From: Dehalococcoidia bacterium
Lineage (GTDB): Bacteria > Chloroflexota > Dehalococcoidia > SHYM01
Assembly (NCBI GenBank): GCA_009692805.1
Contig: SHYM01000001.1
Coordinates: 2,831 to 66,830, forward strand
Direction: 5' to 3'
DNA: 64,000 nucleotides
Below the pieces are notes generated by a model. It ran no database searches. It was not told the DNA's origin and saw nothing but the letters and a program-made list of their open reading frames with translations. Each line of letters begins with the position of its first letter. Positions within the stretch are counted from its first letter, which is position 1. The translations under genes were made by a program, and so were the position numbers. Shown piece by piece: positions 48,668-58,120 of the stretch.

Positions 48668-48906
48668 CGACCATCCCCCTGGCCCCCTTCCTAGCCAGGA
48701 AGGGGGTAGTCTGAAAGGGAGAGAAGGGGGACACCCCCTTCGACCCCCGGCAGAGGGACATTCCCTCTGCACTCCGTCCCGCCGCAGGCGGGGCGGCAGG
48801 ATGCCCTTTTAGTGCAAAGCTGGTACACCCCATTCGCCCCCCGGCCCTTCGACCCGCCTGCGGCGGGCTCAGGGCAGGCTCCGGGACCCCTCTGCACTCC
48901 GTCCCA
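48662..48906 (+). mobile_element. MITE-like element, copy F (right end ttttagtgcaaagc intact) plus adjacent fragment
   Basis: About 110 nt nearly identical to copy E, then ggcaggatgcccttttagtgcaaagc (exact inverse of the left end of E). A second ccctctgcactcc and cccgcc..ggcggg modules follow. Confidence 0.75.
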
Positions 48907-48940
48907 AACCCCTTGTTACGCTGATTTACGACGGCAGATG

Positions 48941-49639
48941 CTAGCGCCTAATCTCTAGGCGCTTGAAGGACTCCGCCAGAGGCACCCGGAGCTTCTTGCC
49001 ATTCTCCTCGCAGCGCTCTCGCACCCACTTGGCTATGGTCTCCTCCGGCCGCTCCCCCATCTGGCTCTTGTGGGCCAGGAGGGACTGTACCTTGGTGGAG
49101 TAGCTCTCCGTCACGTCCACGAAGTGGTCGGGCTCGTCGGAGGCAAACAGCAGCACCTCGCCCACCTTCCAGGGTTTGAGGCCCTGGCGCTCGTGCTCGG
49201 GGTAGATGAGACGGTCGCGGGCGTAGGGGTAAACGGCGTCCAGGGTGACCCGCCCGGCCATCCGGTGGTCCCGATGCCAGATGCCATTGCGATAGGGGCT
49301 GGAGGTGATGACCGTCTCCGGCTGGAACTGGCGGACGCAACGGACGACCTCCCGGCGGAACTCATGGGTATCCTCCAGGCCGCCATCGGGGAAGCCCAGG
49401 CAGACCAGCTCCTTCACCCCCAGGATGCGGCAGGCCTCGCGCTCCTCCGCCTCGCGGATGCGGGCCAGCTCCGGGCTGGTCAGCGTCGGGTCCTCGGAGC
49501 CCTTGTCGCCGTTGGTGCACATCACATAGACGACCTCGGCGCCCTGGGCGGCCCAGCGGGCGACGGTGCCGGAGCACCCGAACTCGGCATCATCGGGGTG
49601 GGCGAAGACCACCAGGACGCGAGCAGGCACCTTCTCCAT
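48941..49639 (-). CDS. PIG-L/LmbE family Zn-dependent deacetylase (paralog of the neighbour)
   Basis: AHPDDAE, TNGDKGS, HRDH, YPYARD; SD AGGAAGG. Confidence 0.92.
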   Translation of the reverse strand: MEKVPARVLVVFAHPDDAEFGCSGTVARWAAQGAEVVYVMCTNGDKGSEDPTLTSPELARIREAEEREACRILGVKELVCLGFPDGGLEDTHEFRREVVRCVRQFQPETVITSSPYRNGIWHRDHRMAGRVTLDAVYPYARDRLIYPEHERQGLKPWKVGEVLLFASDEPDHFVDVTESYSTKVQSLLAHKSQMGERPEETIAKWVRERCEENGKKLRVPLAESFKRLEIRR

Positions 49640-49662
49640 AGCTCATCCTTCCTATGCGGGGC

Positions 49663-50943
49663 TTAAGCGGGACTCATTGGGGTCGAGGACATGGCTCTCG
49701 CCCTGGGGCCGGCCAGCGCCCGGTCATACAGCGCCAGGACATCCTGGGCAACCAGGGGCCAGGTGTAGCGTTCCATGGCGGCGCGGCCGGCGGCGCCTAG
49801 GCCCTGGGCTAAGGCCTCGTTGTCCAGCAAGACCTCCAGCCGTTCCGCGAAGGGCTCCGGGCACTGCCAGGGGATGAGGTAGCCCGTGACCCCGTCTCTA
49901 ACGGTAACCTGGAGGCCCCCCACCCGGGACGCGACCACCGGCGTGCCGCAGGCCATCGCCTCCACCGCCACCATCCCGAAGCTCTCGTAGAAGGAGGGGA
50001 TGACGCAGACGTCGGCGGCGTTGTAGTAGACCGGCAGCCGCTCGTGCTCCACCGCGCCCAGGAAATGGATGCTTTTCTGGATGCCCAGCTCCAGGGCCAG
50101 GGCCTCCAGCCGGCCCTGCTCGCTACCGCCCTCGGCATGGAGCTCATCGTCGGCGTAAGAATCGGCGCCGGCGATGAGGACGTGCAGGCGCGTCCGCTCC
50201 TCCAGGATGGGCAGCGCCCGCAACAGGATATCGATCCCTTTCAGGGGCTCGATGCGCCCCACAAAGAGGATGACCTTCTGGTCGTCCAGGCCCAGGGCAT
50301 GGCGGGCCTTCCGCTTGTCCAGGGGCTGGAACAGGACGGTGTCCACGCCGGCGGGGATGACGGCGATCTTCGCGGGAGACACGCCGTACAGACGCGCCAT
50401 GTACTCGCGGTCAATGGCAGCGAGGGTCAGGACCTGGTCGGCGCCGGCCATTACCTGGGCCTCAGCCCGAATGCGGTCCTGGGACTCCCGGGCGCCACGG
50501 AAGGAGTCGTTCTTGAGCAGGCCCAGGGTGTGAAAGCTGGCCACGTGGGGCACCCCCCAGCGGGCCTGCAGCTCCAGGCCCGCCAGCCCCGAGAGCCAGT
50601 AGTGGCTGTGGATAAGATCGTACTCCAGCCCCTGGGCACAGCTGTAGTCCAGCACCCCGCGCACAAAATTGGGCAAGCCGGCCAGGATCGCCTCCCGCGG
50701 GACCTCGCGCTCCTCGCCCGCGGTGATGTGGATGACGCGGGCCCCGTCGCCCAGGGACACCACCTCGGGGTCGGTGGGATCGTGGCGCCGGGAGTAGATA
50801 TCCACCTCCACCCCAGCCAGCCCCAGCTCGCGATAGAGCTCCCGGATGTAGAGGTTCATGCCGCCCCGGTATTTGCCGCCCAGCTGCACCATCGGGCAAC
50901 CATGGACACTCAGCACCGCGATGCGTAGGCGTCCCTTGCCCAT
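49663..50943 (-). CDS. GT4 glycosyltransferase, MshA-like
   Basis: SVHGCP..GGMNLY, IHSHYWLSG, FHTLG, FVGRIEPLKG, ESFGMVAVEAMACGTPVV. Confidence 0.88.
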   Translation of the reverse strand: MGKGRLRIAVLSVHGCPMVQLGGKYRGGMNLYIRELYRELGLAGVEVDIYSRRHDPTDPEVVSLGDGARVIHITAGEEREVPREAILAGLPNFVRGVLDYSCAQGLEYDLIHSHYWLSGLAGLELQARWGVPHVASFHTLGLLKNDSFRGARESQDRIRAEAQVMAGADQVLTLAAIDREYMARLYGVSPAKIAVIPAGVDTVLFQPLDKRKARHALGLDDQKVILFVGRIEPLKGIDILLRALPILEERTRLHVLIAGADSYADDELHAEGGSEQGRLEALALELGIQKSIHFLGAVEHERLPVYYNAADVCVIPSFYESFGMVAVEAMACGTPVVASRVGGLQVTVRDGVTGYLIPWQCPEPFAERLEVLLDNEALAQGLGAAGRAAMERYTWPLVAQDVLALYDRALAGPRARAMSSTPMSPA

Positions 50944-50962
50944 GAGAAGTCCCTTCTAGCCC

Positions 50963-51940
50963 TCAGCGACGCACGGTACAGCGATAGATCGCGTGGTCGC
51001 GGCCGCCCAGGTCGTACTTGTAGGGCTCGTTGCCGCGCAGAAAATCATAGCGACGCAGCCCGCTCTCAATGGCGTCCCGGATAGTCAGGGCCTTGAGCGC
51101 CAGCCCGACGCTCAGATGGCTGTAAGCGCGGTCAAAGCCCGAGTTATACAGATAGCGGGTGCCCTGAAAGTCGAAGCAGAGGGCGGTGGCCACCGGCCGG
51201 CCCTGATGCTCCAGGAACCACAGCCGCGCCAGGCCCGCCTGCGCCATGGCCTGGACCACCTCGCGGAAGAACCGCGCCCGGGCTGGGGTTATGAACACCG
51301 CCTTGTCCGGCCGGCTCTCCCCCATCAGCGCGAGGAATTCGTCCAGGCGGGTCCCTGTCCCCTGGACATCGGTGACAGCATAGGCGCGGATATCAGCGGC
51401 CTCCAGGAGACGTCGCAGCTTGCGGCGCAGCTCGTGGCGGTCCTTCTTCTTCAGCCCTTCAAGATAGCCCTCCCAGGTGGCGGGCAGCTCCAGCCAGGGC
51501 GACACGGTGTCCAGGGCCACCTCCACCTCCCAGCCCTGCGCTTTGGCCAGGGGCACGAAGTGGGAGAGGGCGAGGGAGTCCTCCCGCACGGGCTCCAGCT
51601 GCAGCGTCTCCCAAGATAGGGATTGGAGCTGAGGCAGCAGGACCGCAAAAAAGGGGCCCTCGCGGCCCCTGACAGCGATGAAATCCAGGTAATCACACAG
51701 GTCGTTGCTGCCGACCAGGGAACATACGCCCGGGCGCAGGGCGAGGGGGGCCAGCCCGATGAGAGCGCCCTTGTCCTCCACCGTCAGGAGCGTCGCCGCG
51801 GCCCCTCCCCCCCACTCGCGCCACCAGGCGCTCTGCCATTGGGGGAGGAGGAAGGGGCTACCCTGGGCTGACTGGGCCAGCAGAAGTTGCCAGGGGCCGG
51901 CTAGCCGGTCTATGGGGGTCTGGGTCGCCGTCTCGGTCAT
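50963..51940 (-). CDS. GNAT-fold protein (Acetyltransf_6 / CelD-BcsL / FemAB-like)
   Basis: PFLLPQW..AW, DYLDFI, LPATWEGYL..L.KK.R.ELRRKLRRL, YNSGFD, YDFLRGNEPYK. Confidence 0.85.
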   Translation of the reverse strand: MTETATQTPIDRLAGPWQLLLAQSAQGSPFLLPQWQSAWWREWGGGAAATLLTVEDKGALIGLAPLALRPGVCSLVGSNDLCDYLDFIAVRGREGPFFAVLLPQLQSLSWETLQLEPVREDSLALSHFVPLAKAQGWEVEVALDTVSPWLELPATWEGYLEGLKKKDRHELRRKLRRLLEAADIRAYAVTDVQGTGTRLDEFLALMGESRPDKAVFITPARARFFREVVQAMAQAGLARLWFLEHQGRPVATALCFDFQGTRYLYNSGFDRAYSHLSVGLALKALTIRDAIESGLRRYDFLRGNEPYKYDLGGRDHAIYRCTVRR

Positions 51941-51947
51941 CTGGGGT

Positions 51948-52517
51948 TCACTTCCCCTGCACCAGACTCAGCAGCTCCGCGCGGGTGAGAGGGCTTTCCC
52001 GGAAATCCCCTCGGGTGGCTGCGGTCACCACCCTGGTTCCGGGCTTGCTGACGCCGCGCATGGCCATGCAGAAATGCTCGGCGCTCATCACCACCGCCAC
52101 GCCGGCCGGCCGCAGCCCCTTCATCATGCAATCGGCGATCTGGGAAGTCAAGCGCTCCTGGAGTTGGGGGCGCCGGGCATAGCCATCCACGACGCGCGCT
52201 ATCTTGCTGACCCCCACGATGCGACCACTGGGGATATAACCCACGTGAGCGACGCCTTGGAACGGAAGCAGGTGATGCTCGCACATGGAGTAAAAAGGGA
52301 TGTCGCGCACCATCACCAGCTCTTGGCCGCCCTCTTCAAAGGCGCCCTGGAGCTGCGTCGCCGGGTCCTCGCCGAGGCCCTGAAAGAGCTCGGCGTACAT
52401 GTCGGCGATGCGCTGGGGCGTGGCCTGCAGGCCCTGGCGCTCCGCGTCCTCGCCGATGGCCTCCAGGATCTGCCGGACAGCCCGGCGCAGCTTCTCGTTA
52501 TCGAACTCGGATGTCAC
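51948..52517 (-). CDS. folE: GTP cyclohydrolase I
   Basis: [42 protein letters not shown] start after GGAGGGG. Confidence 0.96.
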   Translation of the reverse strand: MTSEFDNEKLRRAVRQILEAIGEDAERQGLQATPQRIADMYAELFQGLGEDPATQLQGAFEEGGQELVMVRDIPFYSMCEHHLLPFQGVAHVGYIPSGRIVGVSKIARVVDGYARRPQLQERLTSQIADCMMKGLRPAGVAVVMSAEHFCMAMRGVSKPGTRVVTAATRGDFRESPLTRAELLSLVQGK

Positions 52518-52555
52518 TTGACCCCCTCCGGGCCGTACCAGGCACGCGCCCCGGT

Positions 52556-53620
52556 TCACTCCCCGGCCAATACCCGCTCGATGGCCGCCAGGTCCGCGTG
52601 CAGCTCCCGCAGCTGGCCGGCGCCCTTGAGGGCGGTGTCGGGGTCCTTCAGGCCCGATCCGGTGATGACGCACACCACCCGCTTGCCCTTCACTTGCAGA
52701 CCTTCCTGAACGAGCTTGATGAGGCCGGCGACGCCTGCCGCCGAGGCCGGCTCGCCGAAGACACCCTCCTGGCGGGCCAGCCGACGATAAGCCTCCAAGA
52801 TTTGGGCATCGCTGACCATATCTATGGCGCCGCCGGACTCATCCCGGGCAGCCGTGGCACCCTTCCAGCTCGCGGGATTGCCGATGCGGATGGCGGTGGC
52901 GACCGTCTCGGGCTCGGCGATGGGATGGCCGCGCACGATGGGGGCGGCGCCCTCGGCCTGGAAGCCCATCATCTTGGGCAGGCGCTGGGCGTAGCCCTGG
53001 TCGCGGTACTCCTTGAAACCCTTCCAATAGGCGGTGATGTTGCCGGCGTTGCCCACGGGTATGAACAGATAGTCCGGCGCCTCGCCCAGGGCATCCACGG
53101 TCTCGAAGGCGGCTGTCTTCTGGCCCTCGATGCGGTGGGGGTTCAGCGAGTTCACCAGGGTAATCTGGTGGCGTTGGGAGAGCTGGAGCACCATCGCCAG
53201 GGCCGCATCGAAGTTGCCCTGGACAACCAGCACGTCGGCCCCATACGCCAGGGCTTGCGCCAGCTTCCCCAGGGCGATATTGCCCTTGGGGACCAGGACG
53301 TAGGTACGCAGGCCGCTGCGCGCGCCGTAGGCGGCGGCCGAGGCGCTGGTGTTGCCCGTGGAGGCGCAGATCAGGGCCTGGCTGCCGGCCTCCAGGGCCT
53401 TGGCCACCGCCACCACCATCCCCCTGTCCTTGAACGAGCCAGTGGGGTTACAGCCTTCCAGTTTGAAGTAGAGCTCGCCTACCCCCAGCTGCCGTTCCAG
53501 CGTTTGGGAGCGGACCAGGGGGGTGGAGCCTTCGCCCAGGGAGAGCAGGGGCGTCGCCTCGGTGATGGGGAGGTGCTCCCGATAGCGGGCCAACACACCT
53601 GGATTTGCCTGTCTTTCCAC
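52556..53620 (-). CDS. thrC: Threonine synthase (fold-type II PLP enzyme)
   Basis: [48 protein letters not shown]. Start proposed at GTG 53620, leaderless. Confidence 0.93.
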   Translation of the reverse strand: MERQANPGVLARYREHLPITEATPLLSLGEGSTPLVRSQTLERQLGVGELYFKLEGCNPTGSFKDRGMVVAVAKALEAGSQALICASTGNTSASAAAYGARSGLRTYVLVPKGNIALGKLAQALAYGADVLVVQGNFDAALAMVLQLSQRHQITLVNSLNPHRIEGQKTAAFETVDALGEAPDYLFIPVGNAGNITAYWKGFKEYRDQGYAQRLPKMMGFQAEGAAPIVRGHPIAEPETVATAIRIGNPASWKGATAARDESGGAIDMVSDAQILEAYRRLARQEGVFGEPASAAGVAGLIKLVQEGLQVKGKRVVCVITGSGLKDPDTALKGAGQLRELHADLAAIERVLAGE

Positions 53621-53683
53621 GTCGCTCATTATAACAGGCGCACCCTGGCCCCAGGTTGGCTTACGAGGCCGCTGTAGCCTGGC

Positions 53684-54739
53684 TCAAGGTGGCGCCATCA
53701 GAGGGTAGCGGTCGGCCCCGTTGGGCAGCACAGGATAGGGCGTGTCGCCGATCCCGTCGCCGTTGGCGTCCCTGCCGGCGTAGTCGCTCCAATAGTTTCC
53801 ATTGCTGCCGTCGTCCCAGCGGTTGTCGCGGCCGCTGTCGGAGGCGTTGCGGCCGTTGTTGGTGAAGCTGTTGCCGACGATGCGGTTCCCCTCGGACTCG
53901 GTGATCTCAATACCAGGACCGCCGTTCTTGGTGATGCGGTTGGCCCGGAGCGAATTACAGTTAGCGCCCTCGGTGAGGCTGACGCCGCCAGAGACCAGGT
54001 TGCTGAAGATGACGTTGTGCTGGGCAGCTGAAACGCTGATCCCGTCGGATCTGAACGAGGCAGTTCCCGTTACATCGGTGCCGACGTAGTTATGGGCCAC
54101 GAAGTTGAAGTCCGCGCCTGCGGTCACCCGAACTCCCCGTGGAACGGCCACGACGTTCCCTTCCTCTTTGGTGCTCCCTCCCACAAAATTGTGCTTCCCC
54201 TCTATAGTTACAGCCCCCGGCCCAAGTGCCCGAACACCGGCGGCATCAGTGCCGAGGAAATTACCGCTAACCACGTTTTCTGTCGCCCAGAAGTTAATGG
54301 ACGCATCCCCATTTATGACGTTCCTCTCCTTCGCCGTTGTTCCGCCTATTCTGTTGAATGGCTGATTTGTATACACCCCTGCACTGCCTAGGGCTACCGT
54401 CCCGCTGGCGTCCAGGCCGATGAAGTTGCCCACCACTTGGTTGTAGGAGATCCCCTCGTCGAAGATGAGGATCCCCGCACTCCTGCGCCCGACGATGACA
54501 TTGCCCTCTACTCGGTTACTGGGGGAGCCCCCCTCAATGGCCACCGTCCAGTAACCGGTGTTGGAGAGATTGATCTTGCCTGAGGCATCGGTGCCGATGT
54601 AGTTGCCCAGGATGACGTTGCTAGACTCAGCGCCAAATCCCAATGCAACGTGGACCTCTGTAAAGCGATTTCCGGCAATTACGTTTCGGTCGCTAGGAAC
54701 AGGCCCTCCCAAGATGTTGTTACCGGAGCGGATCATCAC
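53684..54739 (-). CDS. Right-handed parallel beta-helix protein with NosD/CASH-like C-terminus; probably a 5'-truncated remnant
   Basis: Repeats GNYIGTDASG / GNFIGLDASG / GNFLGTDAAG; terminal GNYWSDY.G.D..GDGIGD.PY...D.YPL; no signal peptide. Confidence 0.75.
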   Translation of the reverse strand: MMIRSGNNILGGPVPSDRNVIAGNRFTEVHVALGFGAESSNVILGNYIGTDASGKINLSNTGYWTVAIEGGSPSNRVEGNVIVGRRSAGILIFDEGISYNQVVGNFIGLDASGTVALGSAGVYTNQPFNRIGGTTAKERNVINGDASINFWATENVVSGNFLGTDAAGVRALGPGAVTIEGKHNFVGGSTKEEGNVVAVPRGVRVTAGADFNFVAHNYVGTDVTGTASFRSDGISVSAAQHNVIFSNLVSGGVSLTEGANCNSLRANRITKNGGPGIEITESEGNRIVGNSFTNNGRNASDSGRDNRWDDGSNGNYWSDYAGRDANGDGIGDTPYPVLPNGADRYPLMAPP

Positions 54740-54802
54740 GCTCCCAACTTGGTCTCGGATAAACGCAACGCTAAGTACAGCCCCAATCTTAGCAGAGCGC
54801 TC

Positions 54803-55807
54803 TCAGCGGGCCTTGAGCCCGGTCACCAGGGCGGCCTCCGCCGGAGGCGGCAGCAAGCGGGAGCGGACCTGCTCAAAGCCACGCCCTTTTAGCCAGCCCT
54901 CCAGCTCGGCGGCGCTGTAAGCGCGGCCCTCCGCGCCGCTGAGCAGCATCTGAAGCGAAAAGAGCGCCGCCTGGGGCGGCCACGTCCCTTCCTCCTGGGC
55001 CAGCTCTTCATAGATGGCCAGCAGGCCACCCGAGGCCAGGGCGCGGTGGGCCTTGCCCAGCAAGCGGCGGCAGTCCCGCTCCCCCAGCGTGTGGAGCACC
55101 GACGAGAGGAGGACCACGTCGTAGCCGGAGCCCAGGGGCTCGCGTAAGGCGTCCCGCCCCAGGAAGCGCAGCCGCCGACGGACCGGCGACGCCGCCAGCT
55201 CGCGTCGGGCCTCCGCCAGCACCTGAGGCAGGTCCAGCAGCGTCGCCTTCAGGCCAGGGTTACGCAGCACCAGGAACTCGGCGTAGGTGCCGGGCCCGCA
55301 CCCGATGTCCAGGAGCGAGCGCCGCCCTCGCAGGTCAAGGGAAAGGGCCAGCTGCTCGCGGTCTCGGCGGGCCCGCTGGCCGTTCGCCCTGACATAGGCC
55401 AGCACCGTCTCCGTCGTGGCGGGGCCGCCGAGACCCTTCCCCTGCGGGTAGGAGCGCAGCGCATCAAGCAGGCCGCCCCACTGCGTCCACAGGTCATCGG
55501 CGACGGCGATGGCATCGCCCAGATACCGGGGGCTGGCTGGCAACAGGTCCTCCCGGGTGGCCTGGGTGTTCCAGTAGCGGCCCCCTCCCTTGTGCAGGAG
55601 GCCCGCGGCCGCGCAGGCGTCTAGCAAGCGCTGCGCCGCGGTAGGATGGAGGCCCGCCTTGCGCCCCAGGGTGGCGGCGGTCAGCCGCCGGCCGCCCAGG
55701 AGCCCGAAAAGGTTGAGCCGCCAGGCAACCATCAGCACGCGGGCCGGCTGCCATCCGTAAAGCAGCTCCAACACCGGGTCCTCGTCACGCCGGGACGCAG
55801 GGGCCAT
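54803..55807 (-). CDS. SAM-dependent methyltransferase (O-methyltransferase type with dimerisation domain)
   Basis: N-terminal LF..L....T...L...RLL.A....GLL; LLDIGCGPG, DLPQV, YDVVLLSSVLH. Confidence 0.88.
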   Translation of the reverse strand: MAPASRRDEDPVLELLYGWQPARVLMVAWRLNLFGLLGGRRLTAATLGRKAGLHPTAAQRLLDACAAAGLLHKGGGRYWNTQATREDLLPASPRYLGDAIAVADDLWTQWGGLLDALRSYPQGKGLGGPATTETVLAYVRANGQRARRDREQLALSLDLRGRRSLLDIGCGPGTYAEFLVLRNPGLKATLLDLPQVLAEARRELAASPVRRRLRFLGRDALREPLGSGYDVVLLSSVLHTLGERDCRRLLGKAHRALASGGLLAIYEELAQEEGTWPPQAALFSLQMLLSGAEGRAYSAAELEGWLKGRGFEQVRSRLLPPPAEAALVTGLKAR

Positions 55808-55946
55808 GTGGCAGCTCCCAACCAACGCGCTTGCGAGGGTCGCAAAGGCTGTGCTATTCTAACCGTCGGCCCAGGCCGGTGGACCGTCTGCCGGAGCGGT
55901 ACTTACTGGGCGAGGCTATTGCCGCTCGCTATCAAGGAGGCTTGTC

Positions 55947-56735
55947 ATGGTCAAGCGTCCGCGCCGTGCTGAGGTACAAGGGATGGGCACCCAGCCCGTA
56001 TATCTGGTCAAGGCGCCTAAGTGGAAAGAGATAGAGGCGCTCAAGAAACAGCAGAAAGGCGCCACCGCCCAGGTTTATGTCTATCCGGAGTGGGGTTTCG
56101 GCAGCTTTGCGGTGGATGACTTGGTCCCCATCGTCGGCGAGGCCCTGGGCCAAAAGGCCCTGGAGCGCGGCGAGTACTTCGCCTACAACCTGGAGCGCCT
56201 GAGCTTCAAGAACCGCCGCCACGAGGTCAACGACCGGGCGATGCGCCTGGCGTGGGCCCGGGTGCGCGACCGCTCCCTCAACAACAAACCTATCCCGGGG
56301 CAGCACCTCGAAATGACGCCTTGGCTGGGCGAGGTGGACTACGAGAAGACCCGCCTGGGGGCGGACCTCCACCCTGACTTCGGTACCCTGGAAAACTACA
56401 AGGGCAAGCCTTCGGGCATCATGTACAACGCGGAAGTGCTCCAGGACATCTGCGGCAGCGTCCTTCCCGAAGAGGAGATCGAGGGCTTCCACCACGTCAT
56501 CATCACCAGCCAGATCCTGGGCGCCTGGAGCGAAGCCTCTAAGTCGTGGGAGGTGGTGCCTTTCCGAAAAGGCTCCATCGTAACCCTCGTCTCCGCCGTG
56601 GAACGGGAGCAGATTGGAGAGCACCCCGGGCCCCGTACCAGCGTGGTGGTGGACCCCGATAGCATCCGCCGCAGCATCACGTTCCTCGACAGAGAGCCCC
56701 TGAAAGCGCGGGTCCGCCAGGCGCTGGCGAAGTGA
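55947..56735 (+). CDS. Hypothetical protein, N-terminal resemblance to DUF6775 putative metallopeptidases
   Basis: SD AAGGAGG. Segments GEVDYEKTRL, GIMYN...LQ.I...LPEEE and HVIITSQILGAW are recalled as DUF6775-like; no HExxH. Confidence 0.65.
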   Translation: MVKRPRRAEVQGMGTQPVYLVKAPKWKEIEALKKQQKGATAQVYVYPEWGFGSFAVDDLVPIVGEALGQKALERGEYFAYNLERLSFKNRRHEVNDRAMRLAWARVRDRSLNNKPIPGQHLEMTPWLGEVDYEKTRLGADLHPDFGTLENYKGKPSGIMYNAEVLQDICGSVLPEEEIEGFHHVIITSQILGAWSEASKSWEVVPFRKGSIVTLVSAVEREQIGEHPGPRTSVVVDPDSIRRSITFLDREPLKARVRQALAK

Positions 56736-56752
56736 ACTGCCGGGGGACTCTG

Positions 56753-56788
56753 AGGCGAGGGCGGGCGGCGGGCCCGCCCTCGCCTTTT
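56753..56788 (+). terminator. Intrinsic terminator
   Basis: aggcgagggcgggc-ggcgg-gcccgccctcgcct followed by ttt. Confidence 0.7.
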
Positions 56789-56802
56789 GCAAGGCCAAAC
56801 CC

Positions 56803-58029
56803 ATGAGGGCGGAGGTCGTCTCCGTGGGCACCGAGCTCCTCCTGGGACAGTTGGTTGACACCAACGCCCCGTACCTGGCCGGCAAGCTCCCCGAGCTGGG
56901 GCTGGACCTCTACTTTATCTCCCAGGCCGGGGACAACCAGGCCCGGCTGGCCGAGACCCTGCGGCGCGCCTGGGACCGTTCCGACGTGGTGCTCACCACC
57001 GGCGGCCTGGGGCCCACCGAGGACGACGTTACCCGGGAAGCCATCGCCCAGATGCTGGGCGAGGAGATGAAGGTGGACGGGGAGCTCGCGGCCACGCTGC
57101 GCTCCTTTTTCTCCCGTCGCGGCGGCACCATGCCCGAGCGCAACCTTAAGCAGGCGACCCTGGTCCCCTCCGCTCAAGCTATTCCGAACCCCCGGGGCAC
57201 CGCCCCCGGCTGGTGGGTGGAGCGCGAGGGGAAGGTCTTGGCCGCCATGCCGGGGCCGCCCCATGAGATGCAGTTCATGTGGGAAGAGCAGGTGGCCCCC
57301 CGGCTGGCCCGCCGCTTCCACGACGCCATCATCGTCTCCCGCACCATCAAGACCTGGGGGATCGGCGAGGGCACCGTCGACGAGATGTTGACCCCCCTCT
57401 TGCACTCCCAGAACCCCACCATCGGCGTCTACGCCAAGTCCGATGGCATTCACCTGCGCCTGACGGCGAAGGCCAAGGGCCGCGAGGAGGCCTGGGAGCT
57501 GCTGCGGCCGCTGGAGTCCCAGGTCCGCTCGATCTTGGGGGCCAGCGTCTGGGGGATGGACGAGGACACCCTGGAAAAGCTCGCGGGCAAGCTGCTCCAG
57601 GAGCGCGGCTATACCCTGGCGGTCATGGAGTCCTGCACCGGTGGGCTCCTCGCCAGCACCCTTACCGATGTGCCAGGGAGCTCGGCCTATTTCAAGGGAG
57701 GCGTGATAGCCTACAGCAATGCTCTGAAGGTGGCCCATGGGGTGCCCGCCGAGCTCCTTGACCGCCAGGGGGCTATCTCCGACGAGGCGGCTGTAGCCAT
57801 GGCGGAAGGGGTGCGCCACAGCCTGGGGGCACAGGTGGGCCTGGCGACGACGGGGGTAGCCGGACCCGAACCCCTGGAGGGCAAGCCGGTCGGCCAGGTC
57901 CACCTGGCCGTCGTCACCCCGCAAGGCCAGCAGGTGTCCCGCACCCTTTACCCCGGCCCGCGGGAGCTGGTCAAGCGCCGCTCCGCCACGGCGGCGCTGA
58001 TTCTCCTGCGGCGGGCGCTCCTGGCCTAA
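56803..58029 (+). CDS. cinA: Competence/damage-inducible protein CinA (MoCF-like domain + NMN deamidase domain)
   Basis: VGTELLLGQLVDTN, TGGLGPTEDDVT, GTAPG, MPGPPHEM, ESCTGG, TGVAGP. Confidence 0.95.
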   Translation: MRAEVVSVGTELLLGQLVDTNAPYLAGKLPELGLDLYFISQAGDNQARLAETLRRAWDRSDVVLTTGGLGPTEDDVTREAIAQMLGEEMKVDGELAATLRSFFSRRGGTMPERNLKQATLVPSAQAIPNPRGTAPGWWVEREGKVLAAMPGPPHEMQFMWEEQVAPRLARRFHDAIIVSRTIKTWGIGEGTVDEMLTPLLHSQNPTIGVYAKSDGIHLRLTAKAKGREEAWELLRPLESQVRSILGASVWGMDEDTLEKLAGKLLQERGYTLAVMESCTGGLLASTLTDVPGSSAYFKGGVIAYSNALKVAHGVPAELLDRQGAISDEAAVAMAEGVRHSLGAQVGLATTGVAGPEPLEGKPVGQVHLAVVTPQGQQVSRTLYPGPRELVKRRSATAALILLRRALLA

Positions 58030-58058
58030 TGAAACCAACCCGAGCGCCGCAGACTACC

Positions 58059-58120
58059 GGCTGATCCTGCCGCCCGGGGGACTCGCGGCCAGGCCGCGCG
58101 CCCGGGCGGCAGGATCAGCC
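58059..58120. terminator. 20-bp perfect inverted repeat between convergent genes
   Basis: ggctgatcctgccgcccggg (58059-58078) / cccgggcggcaggatcagcc (58101-58120), with inner hairpin cgcggcc-a-ggccgcg. Confidence 0.6.
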
